Shown: positions 35,352-46,791, counted from the whole stretch's first letter. The stretch is 63,777 nt of DNA, filler included, from Chrysochromulina tobinii (GCA_001275005.1; 10 parts of 10 records of this genome joined end to end with filler, not necessarily neighbours in it); one strand, 5' to 3'. Notes: generated by a model not told the origin, from the letters alone. Numbers and translations: made by a program.

Positions 35352-36025
35352 GTCGATGAGCCGATCGCCAGGGTGTCTTGGTCGAGGCGCAGCACAATGT
35401 CTCCGAGAGGGACTCGATCGCGTAATGTGGGGAGGGTACCCATGGTCGAGGCGCAGCACAAAGACCAGGCCGCGGCGGATACAGTACAGTTGTATGGGAT
35501 CACGTGATGGCTCAGGATGCGCGCGCGCGCGCGATATCGCAGTGTATCCCACAGGCGCCTAAAAATGGTGTTCGACTGTGTGCTCGATGGCATCGTTCTG
35601 GGAGCTGACCTTTTCGCGTGCGTCTTGAAGAAAGAAGCGGGCGTAGTCGTCGGCGCTTGAAGTCGGAAATGAATCAAGCGCCTTGGAGACGACCGCGTAC
35701 CGTACCGGTACAAGTTCTGTTACCGTATTCGGTCTAACCCAAGTCCGTGCTGGGAGCACGGCGCCTTCACTTAACTTGACAGAGTTAGTGAGCCACCACG
35801 AGCGTGATCGTTACGGCAATATGGCAATCTAACGTGAACGGATATCGGATACAGTACAGTTGTATGGGATCGATGACGTGATGGCTCAGGTGTCGCAGTG
35901 TCTCCCACAGGCACCTAAAAATGGTGTTCGACAGTGTGCTCGGTCACCCAGGGTCGCTGGAAGCCTCCCCCAAAGCCCGAAACATCGTTCTGGTAGCTGA
36001 CCTTTTCGTGTTCCTTTTCGCGAAA

Positions 36026-37132
36026 ATGGCGCTGCTCGTGAATGTCATTGCCCTGTACTCGCTTGCGCTGCGGGCGGGCGGCGCGCGCATCCCGTTTTTG
36101 CAGCCTCGCCACGCCGCTCCGTTGCTGAGTGCAGCGACAATACGGGAGGCCAAAGGCGGCGAGAAATTCGCTGCCGCGCAGGTGCTCGCCGAGGCATTCA
36201 ACGGCCTCGCGCTCTACTACTTGACCTCGCTGCAGGCCCCTGCACTGGAGAGCAACGTGTTCTTCAAGCCCATCGACTCTCCCATGATTGCTGTGGCAAC
36301 AGCAGCCGACGGAACCGTCTCGGGCGTGGCACAGCTCATCCGCGTGAAGCTCTCAGGCATGGCAACGAGTCAGCCCCGGCCGGCTGCGGCATTCGTCCAG
36401 AACGTGGCCGTCGCTCGGTCCGCTCGTCGCCAAGGCATCGCGCGCGACCTCATGAGCTACCTGGAGCAGCGTGCGTGCGAGTGGGAGGACGTTGACGAGG
36501 CGTGGCTCGCCGTGGCCGTCGATAATGCGCCTGCGCTCGCCCTGTACGAGAGCCTCGGTTACCAGCGGCTCGGCGAGAGGATGGGCAACGTGCTGATGCG
36601 CAAGGGCCTGACGGCTGGCACCTCGAGGCGCGCAGCCGCTGATCCGAGCCTTCCCAGTGGCAGTGCGCCCACACACGGCGCTCAGGCTGCTGTAGCTGCT
36701 CCGACAGGGCTCAAGGCACCGAGCAAGGAGCAGCCGTTGCCGGTCTGGTCGTTTGGCGGTCTGGTCAGCGGCCTCGCAAACGCCCTTGCGAAGCCGCTGG
36801 AGAGTGCTCTCGAGCTCGTTCTGGAGGCGGGCTTCCCAGGCCAGCTCGAGCTCGTGGCCCGCGCCGAGCAGCTGCTGCGGCAGGACGCCCGCGTCGTGGC
36901 GTTGCTCGGCGAGGACGTGGCCATCGGTGAGGTCGATGCGAAGGAGTCGATGGCGGTCTCCGCGGGCGTGCAGATGCTCGCTGTCGTGACGGGGAGCAAG
37001 GGCAGCGGGAGGGTGACCGTCGGAGGCGCGAGGCAGGACGAGGAGGGGCGGGCAGCCGGCAAGCCCTTGCTCTCGCTCGAGGTGCTGCGAGTGCAGGTAG
37101 GCGGCGAGGAATTTTACGTGGTTGAGCCCTGA
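36026..37132 (+). CDS. GNAT acetyltransferase with an N-terminal targeting peptide
   Basis: VQNVAVARSARRQGIARDLM (motif A) and LAVAVDNAPALALYESLGY (motif B). Confidence 0.85.
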   Translation: MALLVNVIALYSLALRAGGARIPFLQPRHAAPLLSAATIREAKGGEKFAAAQVLAEAFNGLALYYLTSLQAPALESNVFFKPIDSPMIAVATAADGTVSGVAQLIRVKLSGMATSQPRPAAAFVQNVAVARSARRQGIARDLMSYLEQRACEWEDVDEAWLAVAVDNAPALALYESLGYQRLGERMGNVLMRKGLTAGTSRRAAADPSLPSGSAPTHGAQAAVAAPTGLKAPSKEQPLPVWSFGGLVSGLANALAKPLESALELVLEAGFPGQLELVARAEQLLRQDARVVALLGEDVAIGEVDAKESMAVSAGVQMLAVVTGSKGSGRVTVGGARQDEEGRAAGKPLLSLEVLRVQVGGEEFYVVEP

Positions 37133-37876
37133 CAGTGACACGAGTCATCGAAGACCGAAAACGCGCGATGCTGCCAGGGTGTATGCGCCGTAGCGTATTG
37201 ACTACTGTAGTGCTAGAGTGCGACGAAAGGCTCGAGCGTACGCAACTCCAGTTCAATTTACATGTTTCGTGTCGATCAAGTTCCGCGTTCCGGCAGGTCA
37301 CGGACGTCATATGATCATGCCGTGCAGAATGAAGGGCACGAAAATCAACGTGTGTTGACTGACATGTAAGACGCACACCTATCTCTCGGTGGCTGATGGG
37401 GATGCCACGGGGGACGCGGGATGCAGGTGCGCAAGGAAGTGAGATAGCTTTGTGAGAAATATGAATGCATGCAGCATGCAAAAATTCAGAAGCAAAGCCC
37501 ATAGACTAAGTATGTCAGCCATCTCCATCATGGATGCCAACCGAGCGCTCGCTCTTCTGTCCGCTTCCCCGCAGATCACGCCGTTGTCACTGCGCCTCGA
37601 TGCCGCCGCTCTGCTCACGCGCATGATCGAGGAATATCGCCACTCGACCCGCCTCCTCGACGATGAGAGAGCGCTGACGGAGCCGCTACTTGCGGCACTC
37701 GTCCCTGCGCTTCTGGAGCTCGACGCCCATGATGAAGAGCTGGAAGGCGCGCTGATCGCGCTGCTCACTTCGCTCCNNNNNNNNNNNNNNNNNNNNNNNN
37801 NNNNNNNNNNNNNNNNNNNNTTAATTAATTAANNNNNNNNNNNNNNNNNNNNNNNNNNNNNNNNNNNNNNNNNNNN

Positions 37877-39963
37877 CCACGAGTACGTCCAGAGGGCGAC
37901 CGCGCCGCCCCTCGTGACGGCGCACCGCCATAATGCGACGCACCGCCCAACGTCCTCCATCGTCCGCCTCCTGACCAGCGACCACGGGGCCCATCGCCAC
38001 GCGTTGTCGAACGTCGCGCCTGGCACTCAGTACCTCCTGCCGACGCCGCTTCGCCCGATGCGGGTCCCATCTGGGTTCGATCTCGATTCGCACCAAGTCG
38101 CCCACGTCCATCGCCTCCTGCCCACTCAACGTGTGGCAAGAGGGGGCCTGTTCCGGCCCGTAGAACAAATTTCCGACCCTGATGAAGTGCCCAAGTCGCA
38201 GATTGTGAATGTCCAGCGCCTTCCATTCGCCATCACTCAGAACCTGCTTGAGTTCGAGGAGGGCCCGCAGACCCTCGTGTCGAAGTTCAAATCGTTCTTC
38301 CGTCTTAGCTTCAGTGAGGATTTGCCACTTCGTGCCATCCGCCAAGCGCGCCCAACGCCGCATGCCATCCCGCTGCGCTGCGAGCGCCCGATTCCTCTTG
38401 ATCCTCTCCCTTTTAAGAAGGCAAAGGTCGAACGCCGCCCAGCCGCCCGTGCGCAACCACCGCCGCCACGCTCGCCTTTGTCTCGACCTCAACGCCGCTA
38501 CGCCCTCGCGAGCCCTCGCAATCTCCTGTTGTCTTCCCGTGGAAATCTCCAGCACTTGCTCGCACAAGGAGTCGCGCGTCGGCCCGTGGACGATGCATCT
38601 GCCGCTTCTGCCTAGCCCTTGCGCGAGCACCATGCGCCACGCCAACCAAGCTCGCAGCCGCAGCCACTCGCCTGGCGCGTTGTCAGCCTGCTCCTCGTCA
38701 ACCGCGGCCAGCCTCCTTCCGACCTCCTTGCATAAGCGTCGCCTCTCGCCCGTCGTGACACGCGTGACAAACTCCCTCGCCAACCGCAGGTTGCGCAGCG
38801 CCGCTGCCCGCCGCGTCGTGGTGCGTAAGAGTGCGAAGCTCCAAGCTGCGAAGATCTTGCCGAGAATGCGAAGGTCGCCGAGGCGCTCCCAGAACGCCCT
38901 CCTCCCCTCCGCGCAGCTCTCCTTGCCTAGTTTTTGCAACTGGCACCCACTCAGCACCATTTCCGTCAGAGCTAGCCTCCATCGTCCGTTGGCATCCGCC
39001 CTCGAGCCAGAGATTCGCACGGCCCCTGCGGCTCCTGCTCGTAGCCATTCTGTCTCCCAGGCGTCAGTAATTCCCCTCTGGATCCGATTTTTGAGGCTCT
39101 GCTGCTGAGCTGCCGACCCTGTAGCCTTGTCCTCTGCCTCCCAGCCCTTCAATCCTTGATGTATGAGCAAAATGAGATCATCGAGTTGGCTGTGAGGGAC
39201 AAGCTCGCGTCCCTTCTGCAGGGCGACCATGCACCGCCGCGCCGCCACCGCTGCAAGTGCATATGTTTTCCGCGCCGCCAACAGTGGCGCCCCTGTGCAC
39301 TCGAATTGAAAGTGCCACCAGGTGGGAGATCGCTCCGTAAGCGCGAACCACCGCCCCCGCCCTCCAACCGCGTCTCCCGGCTTCACCTCGCTTCCGCCTA
39401 GGTTCGTTTGCTCTTGTGGCGAGATCTCACAAGTCGCACCAGATTGCGCCCCAAGCCGAGCCGCAATGAGGTTCGCGAGCTCGGGGAGATGAAGCGCCCG
39501 TCGCCGCGCTACCGCCGACGGATGGATCTCTCGCCACCGCCCGTCGTGATCGGTGCAGCCAAAGGGGCACCACTCAGCCGCCAAGACTCGTCGCGCTCGC
39601 GGCTCTGCGTACGGCTGGTCGACGTACTGACACCGCCGCGCTGCGATCTCATCACAGATCTGTTGAGCCTCTGGTGTAATTCCCAGCAGTTTCACATGCT
39701 CATCGGGATCACGCAGTATCGTATCTTGCACCCGACTGCGTAGGCGCTGTGCAACGACACGACTCATGCCACGCATGGCGTACGCCTGTGCCGGGCCCCT
39801 GTGGTCCGGAAAGATGATCGAGGCGAAAGAAATTTTGCCTCGCGGGACCGGGTAATCATCATCCACTCCGAACTTGTCGCACATCATGTCAGCCCACTCA
39901 TTGACTGGCTCGCCCACGTGCGACGTCTGCCAGATGAGCACCAAGGCCGACACCCGTCGCCGG
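37877..39963 (-). mobile_element. Non-LTR retrotransposon-like ORF fragment: RNase H end, Cys/His zinc motif, C-terminal chromodomain start
   Basis: LIWQTSHVGEPVNEWADMMC (RNase H WxxxHxGxxxNExAD), CPFGC..WWHFQFEC, WAVRRIMAVRRHEGRRGRPLDVLV. Intronless and open across the whole contig. The RT itself is not in view. Confidence 0.65.
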
Positions 39964-41234
39964 NNNNNNNNNNNNNNNNNNNNNNNNNNNNNNNNNNNNN
40001 NNNNNNNTTAATTAATTAANNNNNNNNNNNNNNNNNNNNNNNNNNNNNNNNNNNNNNNNNNNNGTCGCCGCCTGCGCCGCGAGCGCCGCCGCCGCGCGCA
40101 CCTGCGCGTGGCTCGACCCCTTCGTAAGCAGCTGCACCAGCTCCTCGAGGCCTTCGCTGCCCTTGAACTCGAGCTTGGGAGGCGTGGGCGGCGGCTTGGG
40201 CTTGGGCTTCGTGGCGACCGGGCTCGAGGCCGGGCCGGCAGAGGCGCCGGCGCCGGTGGCAAGCGGTCCGAGGGTGGCACGCCGATCGCGAAGCCGCCCA
40301 TGGCGAGCCGCGCCTTGGCACCCTCACGCTCGAGCGGCTGCACATGAACCACTCAAATGCCGACATGTGCAGCCGCTCGACCTCGAGGTCGTGCGAGACG
40401 ATCAGCTCCTCCACCTCGGCCTTGAGCCTGGCGAGCTCGTCCGAGAGCGTGTCACGACCGCGCGCAGGGCCGAGGCGCTTTGCTGCTTCGCTTCCGACTC
40501 GGCTCGCGTCTTCTCGAGCAGCTTCTGGCGCGGTGTTGGGTCGTGGGATGAGCAACTGGTTTGCGAGCGCAAGGAGGACTGCCTTCCGGTGCTCGTGGTG
40601 CATCTCGTTCGTGTGCTCTTCCCCTTTGGTAGGATATGTGCGACCCTTTCCGCTGCGACAAGGCGCAACCCGAACGGGGTTGTGCGCGACGCAACAAGAC
40701 GAGCCTCGCCTGGAGCTCCTTTCGCGTCCGATGTGGGGGGCAATTCCTGTGGGGAATTTGGTGGATTCGCCCCCACGTCCGTCGCGTCGGGGAGCTAACC
40801 CAATGGCGACCAGGCGTGTTGAGCTGCGTGCCCATTTCGCACGCACGACGAGCGCATCGGCCGGTGCGGCCGCTGCGGCGATGATTAAAGCGATCAACCG
40901 ACTGTGTGCAACGACCGCGGCAAGAATGCGAAAAGGGTGCGAGCATGCTGATGGCGCTCGCAATCTCCTCCTTGGCATGCGCTGTGGACGCGTCTTGGGC
41001 TCTCTCCGGCTTGCATGCAGATGGCAGATGGCGCTCGCAATCTCCTCCTTGGCATGCAAGTCTACGACGAGGAGCGCGAGGAGGGGGTGGTACTCCGAGC
41101 ATCGCGGGCGCCATCTGCGCCATCTGCAGCTTCCGAAGGCGTAGGCGCGCCAGAGATCGCACGCCGCGCATCGCCATCTTCGGCCAACCGACGGCAAAGC
41201 GGGCGCCGCCAACGCGTGCTCCCAGACGGCGAGG

Positions 41235-41425
41235 GCACGCCATGCGCGTGCAGCGATGCAGTGATCGCATCCACGTCAGAGAGGATGCCGGTAACGTTGG
41301 AGGCGGCTGAGAAGGCGCCGACGCGCAGTGGCCGGTGCGCGTGCGCGCGCAGCCCCGCCTCGAGCGCGTGCAGGTCCACGCCGCCCGCCGCCGCCTCGCC
41401 GATGCTCATGACGTCCGCGAAGAGC
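41235..41425 (-). pseudogene. Isolated class-V aminotransferase / cysteine desulfurase-like fragment
   Basis: GGVDLHALE..LRVGAFSAASNVTGILSDVDAITASLHAHG without the rest of the gene. Confidence 0.6.
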
Positions 41426-42343
41426 AGAACCATTCGAATGCGGCCACGCAGAACCATTCGAATGCAAACCGTCTACCTGGATGGGATCTCGCCCGCCCTG
41501 CGCCCCGACCTGTACGTGCCGAGCGGATGCTCACCCTGAGTACCTCTGAGTACCTCTGAGTACCTCTGAGTACCTCTGAGTACGTGCCGAGCGGATGCTC
41601 ACCCTGTCGCCGCGGACTCCGCGGCAGCGACAGGGCTGCCAAGTGGCGGGCGAGTGACAAGGGCCGACAGCTCCAGAAGGCGCTCAAAAAGACCACTCCG
41701 CTCTCTAAGGGGCACATTGGGATGCTGCTGCTGGCCGTGTGGCGCTCGTCTTCCTCCTGCGGACGCCAGGAGAAGCGTGGCGGCAAGAAGGGGGTGAGAT
41801 CTGAGAAGGACAAGGACCATTAGTGTGAGTTCCATGAGAGCTTCCGTTCTGGTAGCATACGGTTACCTACGGTAGGTTGGTTTTATGTGTGTATCGCATC
41901 CGCCCTGTGTGAACCTGTGTCCAACGTATAGACACGTGTCTACATGACGTGTCCGTGTAAAATGATGAGGTGATGAGGTTTGAGAGTCGGTTATGATAAA
42001 CGAACGTTTACGCCCGAAAACTTACACGCACATTCTCTACTCGAACCCGCCTGTAACACGACACTGACCGCCTAACCTGTCGCATTTGTACGTTGTAGAA
42101 ATGGACAACGACGACTTCGCCGAGACGCCGTCTTTGGCGGTGTTCAAGCGCCAGCGCGCGCTTAAGCAGGCGTCCGCGGCCGGGCGCTCTGCTTGCTACT
42201 CCCCGACGCCACCGCCTTGGCCGCCGCCTCCAATTCGATCAGGCCGCCGCCTCCAAGTCAGACATGCTTATTCAGATGCTCGCATATTTCGTTCGTGCCT
42301 GCGCTGAGTGCGCGCTTCTGCTACTGTTTTCCGGTCTTGTGTG

Positions 42344-44389
42344 TTACGCGGCGTCCCGACAATCCACGAACATGGAGCTGCCCAGCAAGTTAAGTAGCAA
42401 GTTAGTCGCAGGTACATGCACGATGTCAATGGAAACAAATATCTGCCGGAGTAGGTCCTCCTGCCCCAAAAAGCCGGTGGCAACGCAGCAATCAAAGGTC
42501 GTCCTCCGATCCTTTTGTGATGTAAAGAGAGAGTTGACCCTATTCAGGAAGTCCTGCCTAGTTGAGGCGGTCCAATCCAAAACGAACGGCGGTGGCACTG
42601 GCCGTGGTTTGGAAGTTGGTGCTAAACGCATGTCTGCCGCCCAAGCTTGCAACCTGGCCTGCTCTCGCCTCAGCCTTGCTCTTCTTCGCTCATCTTCAGC
42701 TTCTATTCGCGACCGTTCCACGGCTGCTTGTCGCATACGCTTCTCCTCTTCTTCGGCTGCTTCCACGGCATGTCGTCGCATACGCTTCTCCTCTTGTTCC
42801 ACGGCTGCTTGTCGCACGCGCATCTCCTCTTCTTCGCGTCTCTTTCGATCTCGTTTCTCTTGACGTACCTGTTCGTTCTCTGCTTTTTGTGTTGCTGCCC
42901 GCGCGTCCTCTGCCTCTCGGCGTTCTCTCGATGCTGCTTCCGCTCGTTGCTTCTGGACGAACCAGTGTGCAGCCGGGTATGTGTACGTAAGCTCATCACC
43001 GACGGAGATGTCCCGAAGGGCAATGAATTTTTTGTATCCATCTCCTTCTCCATCATCATGCAACATCATGTTGGGCTGGTCGGAGTGATTCATGTAGAAT
43101 GTGATGTTCAGGTCATTCAGACCGGTGTCCAAGATGGGGTAAGCACCGGTCTCTTCTGTGGGCACAAAGTAGTCCTTTATCATCTCCTGAATGGGAATCG
43201 GCAGATTTCCCACTTCAGCTGCGGAGATGTCAACACTCTGGAGAGGCCGTTCGTGTTCGAAGATGTTTTCGCCCGCCATGATGGGCTGAACGCAGAATAG
43301 TCCCACACCATGGTTCTCAGCAGCCCTTTCCAAGCGTGCCTTCGTTCGCTTCAGCCTTTCCAACACCTCCCGCTCCCGCTGAATTGCATTGGCTTCTGCA
43401 AACTGTTTGAACAAAGTCACATCAAAGCCGTCGTCTCCTCCGGATGATGGCTTGGCGAAACCTCGATAGTAGAAGCGACCGAATTTGTTCTCACCATACC
43501 CTGTCAAATGAATCAGTGATGAAGCGTTGATCCGCTTCGATGACAGCTGAATATCTTGTTCGGGTACTTCCTCTCCGCCGTCCGTAAAGTGTCCCTGAAG
43601 TCCCCCAATGAAGTGGCGGGAGACATCACGCTCTGTGCCGATTGGGATAGTAGCTTCAGCTGTCACCTTGTACCAAAATGACTCTTCTGCGGTTGCTCCC
43701 TGCTTGCGGCTGGGATGTCCCTTGCCGTGATTTGTGTAGCGCCACGCCCCCTCAAGGCACCAGCCAGAGGAAGGTGGCCATTCGTTTCCGCGTGAGGATC
43801 CTTTGGGAGAGGTCCACTTGCCTCTCATCACAACGTGCGCCTCACTCTCCAGCAGGTTCTCATCCGTGTGCCAGGTGCCATCCGTGAAATCGCCACCGGC
43901 CTGCTTGCAGCCAGGTGCCATCAGCTCCTCGCCCGCGCTGATGTGGCGCGTCGTAACGTAATCTTGAAATGTTGCACTCCCGGGCGTAGTGTCCACGACC
44001 TCCAGATTGGCGTTCGAGTCGCCGTGCCGAACAAAAAAGGACAGGTTGACGTCATCAAGACCGAATTGTGGAACAGTGTATGTGCCCCACATATCCTGTA
44101 CAGAGGCATCACGGACCGTTTGAGCGACCAGATACGGCAAGCTCTCGACCAGAAGAGATGGCAATCCCACTGCACTCATACGCTGGCCGCGGAAGGGAGC
44201 CTTGGATGCGGGAATGTCCCGCATTGCAACCACACGGAGACCACGGAGCTGGTGTGCGCCAGAATCGTGCTCGGGAACCACCTCGAGTCGGCAAAAGCTG
44301 TGCTCTGCAACAACGTTGCTCAAGAGCTTGGATCTTGCTGATGTGTTCTGCTGATTCAGAGCGGTGGTGCATGGCGCCTTGGATGACAT
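42344..44389 (-). CDS. Protein with two SET domains and a coiled-coil tail (681 aa, intronless)
   Basis: SET1 looks degenerate: GLRVVAMRDI..FFVRHG..TTRHISAGEELM. SET2: HGVGLF..FYMNHSDQPN..IALRDISVGDELTYTY. Confidence 0.85.
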   Translation of the reverse strand: MSSKAPCTTALNQQNTSARSKLLSNVVAEHSFCRLEVVPEHDSGAHQLRGLRVVAMRDIPASKAPFRGQRMSAVGLPSLLVESLPYLVAQTVRDASVQDMWGTYTVPQFGLDDVNLSFFVRHGDSNANLEVVDTTPGSATFQDYVTTRHISAGEELMAPGCKQAGGDFTDGTWHTDENLLESEAHVVMRGKWTSPKGSSRGNEWPPSSGWCLEGAWRYTNHGKGHPSRKQGATAEESFWYKVTAEATIPIGTERDVSRHFIGGLQGHFTDGGEEVPEQDIQLSSKRINASSLIHLTGYGENKFGRFYYRGFAKPSSGGDDGFDVTLFKQFAEANAIQREREVLERLKRTKARLERAAENHGVGLFCVQPIMAGENIFEHERPLQSVDISAAEVGNLPIPIQEMIKDYFVPTEETGAYPILDTGLNDLNITFYMNHSDQPNMMLHDDGEGDGYKKFIALRDISVGDELTYTYPAAHWFVQKQRAEAASRERREAEDARAATQKAENEQVRQEKRDRKRREEEEMRVRQAAVEQEEKRMRRHAVEAAEEEEKRMRQAAVERSRIEAEDERRRARLRREQARLQAWAADMRLAPTSKPRPVPPPFVLDWTASTRQDFLNRVNSLFTSQKDRRTTFDCCVATGFLGQEDLLRQIFVSIDIVHVPATNLLLNLLGSSMFVDCRDAA

Positions 44390-44669
44390 GCCTTCTCTGC
44401 GAGGCGGCCGCGCGTGCCTCGCGCGGATTCCCTGAGGCCGTCGCCGCGGTGTGCGCGCGCGCGCGCGCGACGACGCGCGACGGCGGCGGCGAGGCGGATG
44501 GGCCTCGTGCCCCCCGGAGTTTTTGTCGATTCATCGCGTCCGCTGCGCGGGTGTATTTACAGAGGAGAGGGGGGGGGGGGTCTTGTGAAGAGGATTCGAA
44601 AAGAAACCTGTGCTCACGGTGCGCATTCACACCACTCGTCATTCACACGCGCGTGCGCGCCGCACCACA

Positions 44670-46791
44670 ATGGCTCGCGCCGCACTCGTGGTCGCCTTGT
44701 GGGCGCTGCTGAGCACGCACACGCACGCGGCCTCCGTCCCCAAGCTCGCCTCGACCGACGCCTTCGATGCCTTCCGCGAGCAGAACGCGGGCTTTGCTCT
44801 GCTCGTGTACGCTCCGTGGTGCGGACACTCGCGCGCGCTGTTGCCCGAGTTTGATTCGGCCGCCGCCTCGAGCAGCACGCCGTTCGCCAAGGTCGACGGC
44901 ACCGAGGCGGAGGAGCTCGCGACGCGCCTCGACATCAAGGGCTACCCGACGCTCCTCTTCATCCACCGCGGCGACGGGCCGCCGATCGAGTTCGACGGCC
45001 GGCGGGATGCGAGCACGATCTCGCGCTGGGTGGCGAGCAAGGCGGCGCCGTCGCTCGCGGAGCTGCACTCGTCATCCGACGTGCTCGCCTTTGCCAAGGG
45101 CAAGCCCATCGCGCTCGTCCTCTTCGCGCCCAACGGGCTCTCGAGCGCCGAGGCAGAGGCGTTGCGCGGCGTCGCCGCGGCATCCACTTTGCCGTGCGCG
45201 GTGGCGACGAGCGACCCGGCGGACGGCGCGCTCGGGCTGGGCGCGCTCACGCCGCCCGTGCTCGTCGCGCTCACGCAGCACGATGCGAAGCACTACACGC
45301 TCGGCCCGCCGCTGAGCCACAAGGCGATGCTGCATTTTGGACGGAGCCACGCGCTGCCGAGTGTGGTGGCGTACGCTACGGGGGCGATGGAGGAAGCCAT
45401 CTTTGGGACGGAGGTGCCGGCGCATCTGCTCCTCTTCCACGCGGGCCCCGTCGACGACGCCCTCGCCTCGAGCCTGGCCGAGCTGGGCGCCTCCCTCCGA
45501 GGACGCGCGCTCGTCGCGACTGTGAACGTGAATGCGCACGCCGAGGTCGCCTCGTACTTCGACGTCGGCCCGTCGGGCTCGCTGCCCACGCCGACGCTGA
45601 TGGGCTTCGCGCTCGCCAACGGCACCAAGTTTGCGCACGCGGGCGCGCTGAGCGCGAGCGCGATGGGCGCCTTCGCTGACAAGGTGCTCCGCGGCGATGG
45701 CCTCTGATTGCCTCCCTAATTGCATGCTGAGCGCGAGTGTGATGGGTGCCTTCGCTGACAAGGTGCTCCGCGGCGATGGCCTCTGATTGCCTCCCTAATT
45801 GCATGCTGAGCGCGAGTGTGATGGGTGCCTTCGCTGACAAGGTGCTCCGCGGCGATGGCCTCTGATTGCCTCCCTAATTGCATGCTGAGCGCCTCCCAAA
45901 TTTGGCCTTTCAAGGTGCTCCGCGGCGAGGCGACGGCGCACCTTCGCTCCCAGCCCGAGCCGGCGCCGAGCGGCCCGCTGGTGGAGTTGGTAGGTTCGAG
46001 CTTCGCGCGCGTCGCCTTCGACCCTGCTAAGGATGTGCTCGTCCAGTTCTACTCGCCCACGTGCGGCCACTGCGCCAAGCTCAAGCCCGTCTACGCGAAG
46101 GTCGCCGCCAAGTAAGCGCCTCGGATTGTGTCATCGGATGGCGCTTGATGGCCTCGGATGGCGCTTGAAGGCCTCGGATGGCGCTTGATTGCGTCTGATG
46201 GCCTCGGATGGCCACTGATCGGCTCGCCAATTGCGTCCCTCATCAGATTCGCGGACGACGAGAGCATGGTCGTGGCGCAGATCGATGCGGTCGCCAACGA
46301 TGTGCCTGGGCTCGAGCCTGAAGGGTACCCGACCATCGTCCTGTACTCGAAGGCGAACAAGGAGGTGCGTGCTCCGCTCCGTCCTAATTGCGTCTGATTG
46401 CGTCCTTGGATACCCTAACAAGGAGGTGAGTGCTCCGCTCCGTCCTTTGCCCAGTCCTAATTGCGTCTGATTGCGCTCCGCTCCGTCCTTTGCCCAGTCC
46501 TTATTGCGTCTGATTGCGTCCTTTGCCCTATCCAACTCGGCGCCCAACTCGGCGCCCACTTCGGCGCCCAACTCGGCGCCCTCTTCGTTGATGGCCTCAT
46601 GATGGCCTCATGACCCCCCCCTCCTCATCCGGCAGGGCGTCGAGTACGATGGCTCGCGTGACATGCACGATCTCGTCCAATTTGTACAAGATGCGCGCGC
46701 TGGGCGTAACCACATTGGCGGCGTGCCGGATGGTGTGGGCAGCGCGGGGCTTCACCCTGATGAGGATGATGGCTTTCGCGTCGAGCTGTGA
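44670..46791 (+). CDS. PDI: Protein disulfide-isomerase. Exons 44670-45683, 45915-46111, 46247-46364, 46636-46791
   Basis: Signal peptide, YAPWCGHS, GYPTL, FYSPTCGHC, GYPTI, EYDGSRD and a C-terminal RVEL retention-like signal. Three GT-AG introns. Confidence 0.9.
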
